DNA of 64,000 nucleotides, taken from NCBI GenBank assembly GCA_001029715.1, contig CP011212.1:67407-131406 (forward strand), given 5' to 3'. Under the pieces are notes generated by a model that was not told where the DNA came from, did not search any database, and saw nothing but the letters and a program-made list of their open reading frames with translations. Source of the stretch: a candidate division TM6 bacterium GW2011_GWF2_28_16. GTDB lineage: Bacteria > Patescibacteriota > Microgenomatia > UBA1400 > PJMF01. Both the position numbers and the translations under genes were made by a program. Shown piece by piece: positions 1-9,679 of this stretch (positions within the stretch are counted from its first letter, which is position 1; each line of letters opens with the position of its first letter).

Positions 1-1
1 T

Positions 2-2224
2 GAGCAAAAGCAACCACTTTTTCAAGAATTTAGTTTTGTAAATAACGCTAAGAGCCAAATTGAAAAACTAATTGATCAAAAAATCAGAGGTCTTATTGAT
101 CACGATGAAGAGCTAGATTCAATTGCTCCTACGGAGTTAGAGCTAAAGAAGGCTTTGGAAATAAGTAGATTGCAGAGAATTCGCCAAAATAAGAAAAATA
201 AGGTTCAAAAAAAGCTTCAGAAAGCTGAAGTAGACAATGCTTGGGAATTAATTAAAGAGACCGATAAAGAACCAACAGAAGGGCATGAGAGCCAGGCTTT
301 TGATTCGGAACTTGGCAATAGAATTGAAGAGATCTTCTCTACTCAAAGAGGTTTTGATAAATCTAAGCGCCAAGAAGAAAATATTGTTCAAGGTAAAAAA
401 ATTATTAAAAAAAGCAAAAAAAGAAAATTCCTTTTTTGGCTTGGCAGCATTGGTTTTAGCCTTAGTTTTATTTTTTTACTCCTATTCTCTCTTTTCAATT
501 TAAGTCAAAAAACCTTGCAAAACCAACTCTACAACGTAATTAAAAATGGCGGAAATAATATAGAAAAGATTGATAAATCAGTTATTTATGGTCTTTTTAA
601 GTTTCAGCTTGCTCAATATCAAAAAGTTTCATCTGAAGAAAGCCTTAGTGAGGCATTAGATATAAAAAAACTAGCAGATGTCCTCTCAGCTCTTTCAGAA
701 ACTCAGCTGAAATACGAAGAGTCTAGCTATGATTTATATAAAAAAACTCTTGATGGGGGAGTTAAGTTGGAACAATCTTATGAAGATTTAACCAACTCAA
801 TTGATAAAAAAATTGTCGCTCAAAAAGAATTTAACGCCTATTTAATGGCTCTAAATTTAGATCTATATCAAGGGGAAGAGAAAAAAGTCTGGCAAAATAT
901 TCTTGAGGGAAATAAGGCAGCTTTGAGGGATTCCATTCAGGTTCAGCGATTTTTAACTCCGTTTAAAGAATTCATTCTACAGGAGGGAAGAGTCAACGTA
1001 TTAGTTTTATTCCAGGACAGCAATGAACTAAGATCTACGGGCGGATTTTTAACTGAGCTTGCTATTCTGAGCTTTGAAAATGCTTCTTTAATAGACAAAC
1101 AAATTCTTGATGTAAATGATTTAGATATGAGAACCTACGGACATAAAGATTCGAGTCAGGAAATTAAAGATTTATTGGGAGAAAATATTCTTTATTTGCG
1201 CGACAGCAATTGGCAAGTAGATTTCTCAAAGAGTAGCCAAGAGATTAAGTGGTTTGCTGAGCAAGTTAGTGGTTCACAGGTGGATTTAGTTTTAGCAATA
1301 AACAGCAAAACAATTATTAAATTATTGGATTCTCTAAGTGGAGTAGAGTTGGCAAATAATGTTTCAGTTAATGGGGCTAATTATTTGGAGAATCAGGAAA
1401 AAACTGCTTCTTCAGATTATAAGTCTATTAGTGATAAAAAATTTAATTGGCAATTTGTTAGCGCTTTATTCGAAAAGGTTTTTAGTCTGAATAAAGAACA
1501 ATTAATGCTTTTTGAAAAGGTTGCTATTAGCCAACTAGGTGAGCGAGAAATTTTGATACAAAGCGCTGACCAAAACTTGCAGAAAGCCATTGAAGCCAAC
1601 TCGTGGAGTGGAAAAAAAGTGGAACTTGTTTGCCCAGCAGAGTTTAAACAGGATAATTGTTTATTGGACTTTATTTTTCAGGTGGAAAATAATGTGGGGA
1701 TAAACAAAGTGAATCCATATATTAAGGAAACAATTGAACATAATCTTGGAATCAGTGAGCAATTTATTCGTCATAAACGTAAAATCACTTTCGAAAATTT
1801 AGCCAAAAGTGATACTTGGCCTCTAGGGACTTATCGAGATTACTTAAAGTTTTATCTCAACTCTCAAGCTAGTTTGGAAAAAATTGAAATAAATGGTCAA
1901 AAAATAGATGGGTCACGCATTAAAATAATAGATGGAGAAGATGGTAGAGAAATCGCCATTCTTCTAGAAATTCCCAAAGAAAGCAAGTTGGAGTTCACGA
2001 TTATTTATTTAGTTCCCAATCAAGTAAAGGCTCCTTTTTCTTATGTTTTCTTTGATCAAAAACAAGCCGGACTTTTTGATAAAAAGACTAGCTATAATAT
2101 TGTTTTTGATGAAAAGTTCAAACCTCAATTAATTGCTCCTCAGGCTAGCTATCAAGATAAAGTTATTCATTTCAACAATGCCAACTTAGATCACTTTCTT
2201 TTTGCCATTAATTTTAGTGAGTAA
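2..2224 (+). CDS. DUF4012-domain membrane protein (5' end probably outside the window)
   Basis: The frame is open from the window edge, with no stop between nt 2 and 155. The first candidate start is TTG 155 and there is no in-frame ATG nearby. A TM segment (FLFWLGSIGFSLSFIFLLLFSLF) is followed by VLFQDSNELRSTGGF, which matches the DUF4012 core (..N.ELR.TGG.). Confidence 0.7.
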   Translation, partial: EQKQPLFQEFSFVNNAKSQIEKLIDQKIRGLIDHDEELDSIAPTELELKKALEISRLQRIRQNKKNKVQKKLQKAEVDNAWELIKETDKEPTEGHESQAFDSELGNRIEEIFSTQRGFDKSKRQEENIVQGKKIIKKSKKRKFLFWLGSIGFSLSFIFLLLFSLFNLSQKTLQNQLYNVIKNGGNNIEKIDKSVIYGLFKFQLAQYQKVSSEESLSEALDIKKLADVLSALSETQLKYEESSYDLYKKTLDGGVKLEQSYEDLTNSIDKKIVAQKEFNAYLMALNLDLYQGEEKKVWQNILEGNKAALRDSIQVQRFLTPFKEFILQEGRVNVLVLFQDSNELRSTGGFLTELAILSFENASLIDKQILDVNDLDMRTYGHKDSSQEIKDLLGENILYLRDSNWQVDFSKSSQEIKWFAEQVSGSQVDLVLAINSKTIIKLLDSLSGVELANNVSVNGANYLENQEKTASSDYKSISDKKFNWQFVSALFEKVFSLNKEQLMLFEKVAISQLGEREILIQSADQNLQKAIEANSWSGKKVELVCPAEFKQDNCLLDFIFQVENNVGINKVNPYIKETIEHNLGISEQFIRHKRKITFENLAKSDTWPLGTYRDYLKFYLNSQASLEKIEINGQKIDGSRIKIIDGEDGREIAILLEIPKESKLEFTIIYLVPNQVKAPFSYVFFDQKQAGLFDKKTSYNIVFDEKFKPQLIAPQASYQDKVIHFNNANLDHFLFAINFSE

Positions 2225-2410
2225 TTTCCACGTGTTTTATTTGATGCCTAAGATGTTTAGTTTATATCATCGGCATTTTTTATCTTTTCAAGGTTACAAA
2301 AAACTTTTTAGTTTGATACACTTTGTTATTAAAGTTGCCTTAAGCTTTTAAGTCGAGCAAGCGTATGATAGAATGATTGCCTGTAAAGCAGAAAGGCTCC
2401 AGATAAAAAT

Positions 2411-3091
2411 ATGGAAAAAATTAAATTAAACGCCTCAAAAAGGCAAAATAAAAAAACCAATCAATTGCGCAAAGAGGGCATTATCCCAGCTAATATGTAT
2501 CAGGCAGGGAAAGACTCTGTTGCTTTGGAATTAGATAATCTTACTTTTGTAAAATTAAGTCGTCATCTTAATGACAACGCAGTTATTTATTTACAAATTG
2601 CTGATGATAAAAAAGAACTTCCAGTCTTAATAGATGAAGTTCAACATGATGTTTATGGTAAGAATATTCTTCACGTGGTTTTTAGAAAAATTAATCTTGC
2701 CGAAAAAATTAGAGCTGATATTGCTATCGAGCTAGTTGGAGAATTTGATGTTGAAAATGGTGTTTTGGTTTTAGCCAAAGACAGCGTTGAAGTCGAAGCT
2801 CTTCCAACCGATTTGCCAGAGAAATTTGAGGTTGACCAGGGTCAACTCAAAGCTATTGGAGATAAAATTTCTCTAGATTCTTTGGAATTTGATTCAAGCA
2901 AAGTAACCATAATTTTAGGAGAAGACGAAGTAGCTGAAGATATCGCTATTGCCATCGTTCAAGAAAAAGCTGAGGAGATTATAGAAGAAGTGAGTGAAGA
3001 ATTAGTTGAGCCAGAATTAGCTGGTGAGAAGAAAGAGGAGGGAGAAGAGGATAAGGCCGAAACTCCAGCCGAAAAACCTTCAGAAGCTTAA
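2411..3091 (+). CDS. rplY: 50S ribosomal protein L25 / general stress protein Ctc
   Basis: The N-terminal L25 pattern is present (KLNASKRQ...NQLRKEGIIPANMY...VALELD), followed by the beta-barrel region and an acidic E/K-rich tail as in Ctc-type L25. Confidence 0.85.
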   Translation: MEKIKLNASKRQNKKTNQLRKEGIIPANMYQAGKDSVALELDNLTFVKLSRHLNDNAVIYLQIADDKKELPVLIDEVQHDVYGKNILHVVFRKINLAEKIRADIAIELVGEFDVENGVLVLAKDSVEVEALPTDLPEKFEVDQGQLKAIGDKISLDSLEFDSSKVTIILGEDEVAEDIAIAIVQEKAEEIIEEVSEELVEPELAGEKKEEGEEDKAETPAEKPSEA

Positions 3092-3573
3092 TTTTTTTCT
3101 AAGTAATTGATCTGAGGAGCAATTTGTTTAGCTTGCTTAAAATATTCTTTAGTGGGTTGATCTTGATCAAGGGCTTTATTTAATTGACTTAAATTAAGTA
3201 AAAGGCCCAGGCTTTTTATATTTAAGCTTTCCAGTTTTTGCAGTTGTTCTATCTCGATTAGAACTTCATTTTCAGTCATGGTCACAAGCTGGCTTTTTGG
3301 TAGCTCTAGTCCGGTTTTTTCGAAAATTTCTACATGCTGGATCTCAACTTGAGGGGTATTTTTTTGCTTAATTATTAAAAGATTTAAGCCAATGCTAAGA
3401 ATAATGAGAGAGAGCAGACTAATATTTAATAGTTTTTTTGCATTGATTTTTATGAGTAAAAAATTCAGGGCAAAAACAAATAAATTGAAGGCCAGCTTCA
3501 AACAAACCCAAGTCAATTTTAAATAAAATAGAAAGTTATCTAGCACGAGAAAATTATAGCCTATTCTGGCCAA
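3088..3573 (-). CDS. hypothetical membrane protein
   Basis: TTG-initiated ORF with two hydrophobic helices and no recognisable family. It overlaps the valS stop by 13 nt. Confidence 0.35.
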   Translation of the reverse strand: MARIGYNFLVLDNFLFYLKLTWVCLKLAFNLFVFALNFLLIKINAKKLLNISLLSLIILSIGLNLLIIKQKNTPQVEIQHVEIFEKTGLELPKSQLVTMTENEVLIEIEQLQKLESLNIKSLGLLLNLSQLNKALDQDQPTKEYFKQAKQIAPQINYLEKN

Positions 3574-5804
3574 GCACTGCTAGTTAGGATTTTATCTTCA
3601 ACTAAGTTTTCCTTAGCTAGCTCTTGCCAGATAGCTTCAGTAACAAAAGGAATAAATGGGTGAAGGAGTTTCAGGAAAGTTTTTAGTCCATCTAACATTA
3701 AATCTTGATTTATCAATCCTTTTTTTGATTCTTCTATGCATTGATCGCAAAACCAATGCCAAAATTCATTGTAAAGTGTATCAGCAGCTACACCGAGTTG
3801 AAATGATTCTAGATTTTTAGTGACGTCTTTAGTAATTTGTTTTAGTTTTTCTTTAAAAACTTGATCATGGGCACAGTTAATCGGCTGATTTACTTGATTT
3901 TCTTCTCTAGTAATTAGAATAAAGCGACTGGCATTCCAGAGCTTATTACTAAGATTTCTGCCAGCTTTAAAATCTGCATCGCCCACTGATTTGTCTAGTC
4001 CAGCGGAGGAACGAATCACAAGTGCCATTCTGAGCGCGTCAGTGCCATATTTTTCACTGATTTCCATAGGATTGACTACATTGCCCTTACTTTTACTCAT
4101 CTTTAGCCCTTTGGCGTCTCTAATCAGCCCGTGGAGGTAGATGTTTTTAAAAGGAGTTTGACCAGTTTTATAGATACCCATCATGAGCATTCTCATTACC
4201 CAAAACATCAAGATATCATAAGCAGTTTCCATGGTGTTAGTGGGGTAGAATCGTTCGAAATCGCCTGGTTTATTATTTATCAAAGTGACAAAAGGCCACT
4301 GGCTAGAAGAAAACCAAGTGTCAAAAGTGTCGGTTTCTTGAAGGTATCTTTCTCCAGGATTCTCTTGGCTAATCAAATAATTTGCTTCGATTCTGGCGCT
4401 AATGTTTTGCAGTCCAGCTCTAATTTCTTCAATTGAGTTTTCCTTGAGCAAATCTGCTAGTTTTCCAGAAACGCGATTCTTTTCTTGATCAATAAAAGTG
4501 ATTTGAGCATCTAGATTTTTGTCAATTTCATACCAGATGGGTAGGCGAATGCCCCAAACAATTTGTCGGCTAATATTCCAATCTTCGAGGGTTTCTAGCC
4601 AATGACGCAAAATTTTATCATGACCTGCGCCAAAAACTTTGATTTCTCCTTGATCGATTTTCTTAATTACCGAATTGGTTAGACTTTTTACTTTAATATA
4701 AAACTGAGGCAGAGGAAGCGGTTCAATAGGATTACCGCAGCGATAACAAACACTCAGATTATTGTGATAATTTTTATCTATTTTGACGAGTAAGCCTTTT
4801 TCCTCTAGATCTTTGATTACTTGTTCTCTAGCAATAGCAATTTTAAGCCCAGCATATTTGCCAGCGGTAGCCGTTAAGCGACCTTCAAAATCTACAATCT
4901 GTATTGGCTCTGGCAATTCATCTTTATGTCTTTGCCAGGCAGCAAAATCATTAAAGTCGTGATAAGGTGTAATTTTAACTACGCCTGTCCCGAATTTTGG
5001 ATCGACAAAATCGTCAGCGATTACTTTTAATTTGAAATTACCATTTAAGCCTTCAACTTCAATTTCTTGACCAATATATTTTTGGTAGCGCTTGTCGTCT
5101 GGATGAACAGCTAAGCCAGTGTCGCCAAATTTAGTTTCTGGTCTAGTGGTCGCCAAAGTGAAAGGGCCATACTTAATGTAATAAAGCGAAGTGTCTTGTT
5201 CTTTGTGATCAACTTCTAAATTACTAAAAGCAGTGCCACATTTTGGACAAAAATTTACCAAGCGATTGGCTCGATAAACTAAACCGTCTTGATTCATTTT
5301 AATAAAAGTTTCAGTTACAGTTTCGACAATGTCTTTATCGAGGGTAAATTTATAGCGACTCCAGTCAGCGCTGGCGCCTAATTGTTTGATTTGATCAACT
5401 GCAACGGCGGAATTTTCACTCACATAGTCCCAGATCATTTTAAAAAGAGTTTCGCGATCAAAATTAAAGCGACTTTTGCCTTCTTTTTTGAGTTTTTTCT
5501 CGAAAACAAATTGAGTTTCAATGCCTGCATGGTCAGTGCCAGGAATCCAAACAGTGTCCTTACCTTGCATGCGCGCAAAACGAATCATAATGTCCTCAAG
5601 AGTGACGAACATGGCGTGACCGACGTGTAGAGGGTCATTGGCATTAGGAGGAGGCATGATAATTGAAAAACTCTCGTTAGCTTTTTTTGATTTTTTGTTT
5701 AGATTTTGGCTAATTTCGCTGTCGGGGCTGAAGCAATCATGATCGAGCCACATCTTGTAGATTTTGGCTTCATGATCTTTGGCTTGGTATTGTTTATCTA
5801 GCAT
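3561..5804 (-). CDS. valS: valine--tRNA ligase
   Basis: Shows PPPNANDPLHVGHA (HIGH), GTDHAGIETQ and KMSKSKGN (KMSKS). The ORF track starts at TTG 5819, but ATG 5804 (MLDKQYQAKDHEAKIYKMW) is the more plausible start. The protein is short for a ValRS and has no C-terminal coiled coil. Confidence 0.92.
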   Translation of the reverse strand: MLDKQYQAKDHEAKIYKMWLDHDCFSPDSEISQNLNKKSKKANESFSIIMPPPNANDPLHVGHAMFVTLEDIMIRFARMQGKDTVWIPGTDHAGIETQFVFEKKLKKEGKSRFNFDRETLFKMIWDYVSENSAVAVDQIKQLGASADWSRYKFTLDKDIVETVTETFIKMNQDGLVYRANRLVNFCPKCGTAFSNLEVDHKEQDTSLYYIKYGPFTLATTRPETKFGDTGLAVHPDDKRYQKYIGQEIEVEGLNGNFKLKVIADDFVDPKFGTGVVKITPYHDFNDFAAWQRHKDELPEPIQIVDFEGRLTATAGKYAGLKIAIAREQVIKDLEEKGLLVKIDKNYHNNLSVCYRCGNPIEPLPLPQFYIKVKSLTNSVIKKIDQGEIKVFGAGHDKILRHWLETLEDWNISRQIVWGIRLPIWYEIDKNLDAQITFIDQEKNRVSGKLADLLKENSIEEIRAGLQNISARIEANYLISQENPGERYLQETDTFDTWFSSSQWPFVTLINNKPGDFERFYPTNTMETAYDILMFWVMRMLMMGIYKTGQTPFKNIYLHGLIRDAKGLKMSKSKGNVVNPMEISEKYGTDALRMALVIRSSAGLDKSVGDADFKAGRNLSNKLWNASRFILITREENQVNQPINCAHDQVFKEKLKQITKDVTKNLESFQLGVAADTLYNEFWHWFCDQCIEESKKGLINQDLMLDGLKTFLKLLHPFIPFVTEAIWQELAKENLVEDKILTSSAWPE

Positions 5805-5862
5805 AGTTCGATCTGGCAATTATAGCATTCCTCATGAGCCTAAGGTAGAATAGCTTCCAAAT

Positions 5863-6435
5863 ATGCGACAGGTTAATTTAGTTAATGATCAAGATGAAAT
5901 AATTGGGCAAACCGATCTCTTGGATGCTCATAGGGGAGAAGGAAAGAAGCATCAGGCTATTTCTTTATTTTTGTTTCATAAAAAAAGAAATGGCGAATTT
6001 GAACTATTAATTCAACAACGTAGCAATGAAAAAATTGTTGGTGCTTTAGAGTGGGCCAATACAATCTGTGCAAATTTATTACCAGGAGAAAATCATTTAA
6101 CTTGTTTGAAAAGAAGGGTTTTTGAAGAGCTTGGAATTAGATGGCAAGAGGAATGGCCACTAGAAAAAACAATGATTTTTGATTATCAAATTCCTTGCGA
6201 AAATGGTTTTTGTGAAAATGAAATTGATCATATTTTCGTTTCAGTTTTAGATGAAAAGCTGATTTCTAATTTGGAAATTTCACTAAATCCAAAAGAAGTG
6301 GTTGCCACTAGTTGGATTGATTGGAATGATCTCAAACTTAAAAAAGTAGGGGAGAAAAAAATAACTCCTTGGCTTAATCTATTTTTAGATAGCTCAGAAA
6401 TTATTAAAAAAATTGATCGGATGCTCATAAAATGA
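5863..6435 (+). CDS. idi: isopentenyl-diphosphate delta-isomerase, type 1 (Nudix fold)
   Basis: Matches the type-1 IDI layout: HRGEGKKHQAISLFLF.., QQRSNEKI.., WANTICANLLPGE, VFEELGI. Confidence 0.72.
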   Translation: MRQVNLVNDQDEIIGQTDLLDAHRGEGKKHQAISLFLFHKKRNGEFELLIQQRSNEKIVGALEWANTICANLLPGENHLTCLKRRVFEELGIRWQEEWPLEKTMIFDYQIPCENGFCENEIDHIFVSVLDEKLISNLEISLNPKEVVATSWIDWNDLKLKKVGEKKITPWLNLFLDSSEIIKKIDRMLIK

Positions 6436-7109
6436 CAGAAACAAAAAGCTTAGTTCCCAAACATGTAGCTATTATTATGGACGGTAATCGTCGCTGGGCT
6501 CGCCAACAGGGTTTGTCCATAATCAAAGGTCATCGCAAAGTTGCTGAGGAAATGATTGAGCGCCTGGCAGATTTTGCTATTGCCGAGGGAATAGAATATT
6601 TAACTCTTTGGGCTTTTAGTACAGAAAATTGGCAAAGACCAAAAGATGAATTAGATGGAATTATGGCTCTTTTTCGTGAAACCTTCTCTACTAGTGCCAA
6701 AAGACTACATAAAAAAGGAGTTAGAGTGGCTGTAATAGGGGATTTGAATCGTTTTCCAGATGATATTAGAAAAGGCGTGGAATTCTGGGTGGAAGAAACT
6801 AAAGAAAACAATAAGCTAATAGTGACTTTTGCCTTAAATTATGGTGGTAGAGATGATATTAAAAGAGCAGTTAAGCTTGGTGGTGAAGATTTCGAGAATT
6901 TTTTAGATACTAAAAGAGTAATTGATATTCCAGATCCAGATTTTTTGATTCGTCCCGGTGGGGAAAAAAGACTTTCTGGATTTTTAACTTGGCAGACGGT
7001 TTATACAGAATTGTATTTTACTGATGTTCTTATGCCGGACTTTGATGAAAAAGAATTTGCCAAAGCACTAGAAGACTATGCTCAGAGACAAAGAAGATTT
7101 GGGAAATAG
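6432..7109 (+). CDS. uppS: undecaprenyl-diphosphate synthase (cis-prenyltransferase)
   Basis: Shows HVAIIMDGNRRWA, LTLWAFSTENWQRP and LIRPGGEKRLSGFLTWQ. There is a 4-nt overlap with idi. Confidence 0.93.
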   Translation: MTETKSLVPKHVAIIMDGNRRWARQQGLSIIKGHRKVAEEMIERLADFAIAEGIEYLTLWAFSTENWQRPKDELDGIMALFRETFSTSAKRLHKKGVRVAVIGDLNRFPDDIRKGVEFWVEETKENNKLIVTFALNYGGRDDIKRAVKLGGEDFENFLDTKRVIDIPDPDFLIRPGGEKRLSGFLTWQTVYTELYFTDVLMPDFDEKEFAKALEDYAQRQRRFGK

Positions 7110-7135
7110 TCAAGCAATTTATTCTTCAGAAATTA

Positions 7136-7498
7136 TTACCAGTTTTTAGCTGATCCAGGGATGGTGAAGTTTTTAATAACTTCAAGACCGGTAAAATCGG
7201 AAATCAAATTAACGATAATAAATGAGGACAGAGCTAAAATAATACCAACAACTGCCATGGTAATTGTATTTTTAGATTTTTCTGTAGCCTGACTATTGCC
7301 ACCCATGATCATCATGTTAAAGGCTGCGTAGATAATCATTATGAAGCCAGCAATACCGAGAGCAGTCAGTGCAATTGAAAAAACATTGGCCAACATACAT
7401 CCAATTCCCTGTATGGTTGCTGTGCCATTATTAACACATCCTTCACTAATGTCTGACCAGGCTTGGGTTTGTGCGTAGGCTTGTTTGACGATTTGCAT
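7136..7498 (-). CDS. TrbC/VirB2-like T4SS-pilin-family small membrane protein (paralog 1, most divergent)
   Basis: 120 aa with a two-helix hairpin and a loop GGNSQATEKSKNTITMAVVGIIL that aligns with the GGD..K...A...I..A.IGL loop of the six neighbours. Confidence 0.6.
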   Translation of the reverse strand: MQIVKQAYAQTQAWSDISEGCVNNGTATIQGIGCMLANVFSIALTALGIAGFIMIIYAAFNMMIMGGNSQATEKSKNTITMAVVGIILALSSFIIVNLISDFTGLEVIKNFTIPGSAKNW

Positions 7499-7517
7499 TT
7501 ATTTCTAGATTATATAT

Positions 7518-7549
7518 TTAAAAAACCCGCTTTAAAAGCGGGTTTTTTA
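7518..7549. terminator. rho-independent terminator, bidirectional geometry
   Basis: The stem aaaacccgc (7522-7530) pairs with gcgggtttt (7538-7546) for 9 bp, with a 7-nt loop tttaaaa. A/T runs lie on both sides. It sits directly downstream of the minus-strand gene 7570-7977. Confidence 0.8.
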
Positions 7550-7569
7550 TATTTTCCATAAAATAATGA

Positions 7570-7977
7570 TTATTTATTTGGATTATTGATGTCGCCGACA
7601 TTATTGAAAACGTCATTGAAGTCACCAAATCCTAAGAATTGGACAACTAGAGTAACTATAGCGTAAGAAGCAGCTACAATTACCAAGCCAATTACAGCGG
7701 AAGTGAGTTTGTTTCTAGCGCTTTCTGCTTTGGTTTTATCTCCGCCTGAAGTAATCCATTCGATGCCTCCCCAAATCATGTAGGCGAAAACTAAGAGGGC
7801 TGCAACGAGCATAACTACATTCAAGATAGAACTGAACATAGTACCAAAATTATTTGCATATCCCTTACCAGTGGTAATTGGTTGGATGTCAACTTCAGCC
7901 ATGGCCATAGAGGCTGTACTCAACATGGTACCCATAGCGGCTCCGGTAGCGAGGACGATTTTCTTTAATGATTTCAT
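7570..7977 (-). CDS. TrbC/VirB2-like T4SS-pilin-family protein (paralog 2)
   Basis: Has a signal peptide (..STASMAMA/EV) and the core WGGIEWITSGGDKTKAESARNKLTSAVIGLVIVAASYAIV. Confidence 0.75.
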   Translation of the reverse strand: MKSLKKIVLATGAAMGTMLSTASMAMAEVDIQPITTGKGYANNFGTMFSSILNVVMLVAALLVFAYMIWGGIEWITSGGDKTKAESARNKLTSAVIGLVIVAASYAIVTLVVQFLGFGDFNDVFNNVGDINNPNK

Positions 7978-8021
7978 AATTTTTTCCTTTTTAATTACTA
8001 AATTAATTTATTATAAATACG

Positions 8022-8030
8022 ATTATATCA
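8022..8030 (-). promoter_or_regulatory. extended -10 promoter element TGATATAAT for gene 7570-7977
   Basis: The minus strand reads cTTGATATAATcg. An AGGA Shine-Dalgarno lies 7 nt before the ATG at 7977. No properly spaced -35 is present. Confidence 0.45.
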
Positions 8031-8044
8031 AGTTTAGTCAACTT

Positions 8045-8383
8045 TTAATTAAAAGTCAAAACATCTATCCCCAAAAATCCTTCTAAGAGTAAGAAAATTG
8101 CAGTCACGGCGGCTAAAATAATTAGGCCAATAACGGCATTGCCAATTCTACTTCTGGCTTTTTCTAACTTGCCTGAATCACCTGCAGAGGTAATCCACTC
8201 AATTGCTCCCCAGATCAAAAAACCAAAAACTAGCACTGCTGCTAAAGTCATTACTGCGCTCATGATATTGCCAAAAAATAATCCAAAGCCACCATCACTG
8301 GAGTTGGCATATTCAGCACCTTGCAAACCTTGGCTTTGAGCTTCTCCAGCAATGTCTAATGTTAGAGCTATTTGTCTTGTCAT
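8045..8383 (-). CDS. TrbC/VirB2-like T4SS-pilin-family protein (paralog 3)
   Basis: Core WGAIEWITSAGDSGKLEKARSRIGNAVIGLIILAAVTAIF. Confidence 0.75.
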   Translation of the reverse strand: MTRQIALTLDIAGEAQSQGLQGAEYANSSDGGFGLFFGNIMSAVMTLAAVLVFGFLIWGAIEWITSAGDSGKLEKARSRIGNAVIGLIILAAVTAIFLLLEGFLGIDVLTFN

Positions 8384-8395
8384 ATTTTTTCGTTT

Positions 8396-8824
8396 TTAGT
8401 TATAAGTAGGCAGAGTTAATTTTAGTAAATCGAAGTTGTCGCCAAAGAAAATCTTACTAATAAAGCTAAGAATAGTGAAGGAGGCAACTAAAATAATTAA
8501 GCCAATCACGGCATTGGTTATTCTTTTTCTAGCATCTTCGGCTTTTTTACTATCAGAACCAGAGCTAATCCACTCAATTGCTCCCCAGATAAAATAGGCA
8601 ATTACAGCTAGTGCTCCCAAGTTAATACTAACCTTCCATAAATAAACTACGTAGTTAATGAATTTGCTGCCATCGGCGGCGCCAGTGTTCGTGCCTAATT
8701 CTCCAACTACAGGGTTTTCTATGGCAGCGTAAGCATTTGTGGCAAAAAATGAGAACATTACCAAAGAAAATAAACTGACAAAGATGGTGTTTTTATTTAG
8801 TTTCATATTTAAATTAAATATCAT
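8396..8824 (-). CDS. TrbC/VirB2-like T4SS-pilin-family protein (paralog 4)
   Basis: Has a signal peptide (..ATNAYA/AIE) and the core WGAIEWISSGSDSKKAEDARKRITNAVIGLIILVASFTIL. Its start overlaps the stop of paralog 5; ATG 8806 is an alternative start. Confidence 0.75.
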   Translation of the reverse strand: MIFNLNMKLNKNTIFVSLFSLVMFSFFATNAYAAIENPVVGELGTNTGAADGSKFINYVVYLWKVSINLGALAVIAYFIWGAIEWISSGSDSKKAEDARKRITNAVIGLIILVASFTILSFISKIFFGDNFDLLKLTLPTYN

Positions 8825-9180
8825 TTAGCTACGCCTGGAATAATATTTTGAATTAAATCTCCAGGATTTAGGATGTCAACTCCGACTAAACTACCGATCA
8901 GGCCAATAATAGCATAGCTAGCTACGATTAAAATTATGCCCAATGTTCCCCAAATAAATCTATTTTTAGCTTTTTCTACCTTACTACTGTCTCCTCCTGC
9001 AGTCGCCCATTCAAAAGCTGCTAAAAATGAGAAAACCACAAAAAATAAAATAGCTAAAACGGTAATCGCTCCAATAATATCGCTAAGATACAATTCCAAA
9101 GAAGAGACAAAACCCTCATTGGTTAAACTTTCTGGAGCTCTTGCTTCGCTAACTGGTTGTATTGATCCAATGTCTGCCAT
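8821..9180 (-). CDS. TrbC/VirB2-like T4SS-pilin-family protein (paralog 5)
   Basis: Core AAFEWATAGGDSSKVEKAKNRFIWGTLGIILIVASYAII. Confidence 0.7.
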   Translation of the reverse strand: MADIGSIQPVSEARAPESLTNEGFVSSLELYLSDIIGAITVLAILFFVVFSFLAAFEWATAGGDSSKVEKAKNRFIWGTLGIILIVASYAIIGLIGSLVGVDILNPGDLIQNIIPGVAK

Positions 9181-9181
9181 A

Positions 9182-9649
9182 TTAAGTACCTATCACTGTT
9201 GGTATTTGCGGATTAATAATATACGTTGCATCTCCAAAAACGAGCAAACTAATTACGCCAATAATTGTATATGCTGCAACAATCAGAAGCAGTCCGGTTA
9301 CGCTGAGTGATAATTTTTCGCCAATCTTGGCATAAGCCCCACTATCACCATTGGAAGAAACATAAGTAAAGCCTGCAAAGACAAAATTAAACATCACCCA
9401 AATTCCAGCAATAATCGAGGCAAACTTGATCATGTTAGAGATGAAAATAAGTAGGCCAATGCTGTTTGTTCCGTTAGACGCACTTTCGGCCTGTGTATTT
9501 AATTCTGCAACTCCTGCTGGTGCGTCAATTTTACCAAAGACACCCTCTGTTAGATTAGGAGTAGGAGTTACTGTTTGAGCAACAGCTAATTGATTGCTTG
9601 AAAATAAGAGCGCAAGGGTAAAAAGTAGACTTAAAAGAATTTTTTTCAT
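9182..9649 (-). CDS. TrbC/VirB2-like T4SS-pilin-family protein (paralog 6)
   Basis: Has a signal peptide (..NQLAVA/QT) and the core FAGFTYVSSNGDSGAYAKIGEKLSLSVTGLLLIVAAYTII. Confidence 0.65.
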   Translation of the reverse strand: MKKILLSLLFTLALLFSSNQLAVAQTVTPTPNLTEGVFGKIDAPAGVAELNTQAESASNGTNSIGLLIFISNMIKFASIIAGIWVMFNFVFAGFTYVSSNGDSGAYAKIGEKLSLSVTGLLLIVAAYTIIGVISLLVFGDATYIINPQIPTVIGT

Positions 9650-9679
9650 TTTATATTTTGATTATAAACCATTTATCTA

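Noticed and set aside
2225-2410. Possible terminator (atgcc...ggcat followed by a T-run near 2243-2280) and promoter hexamers upstream of the L25 gene
   Set aside because: The stem is only 5 bp with a roughly 24-nt loop. Several equally weak -10/-35 candidates exist in this AT-rich spacer, which is not enough support to annotate.
4131-5630. Antisense ORFs inside valS (4131-4436, 5382-5630). Similar nested ORFs occur elsewhere, for example 285-503, 1417-1599, 6228-6428, 6530-6811, 8139-8339, 8936-9310, 9843-10142, 29873-30389, 51436-51696 and 51823-52086.
   Set aside because: All are fully embedded in, or antisense to, genes with strong family signatures. They show no motifs and have the skewed composition typical of shadow frames in AT-rich DNA.
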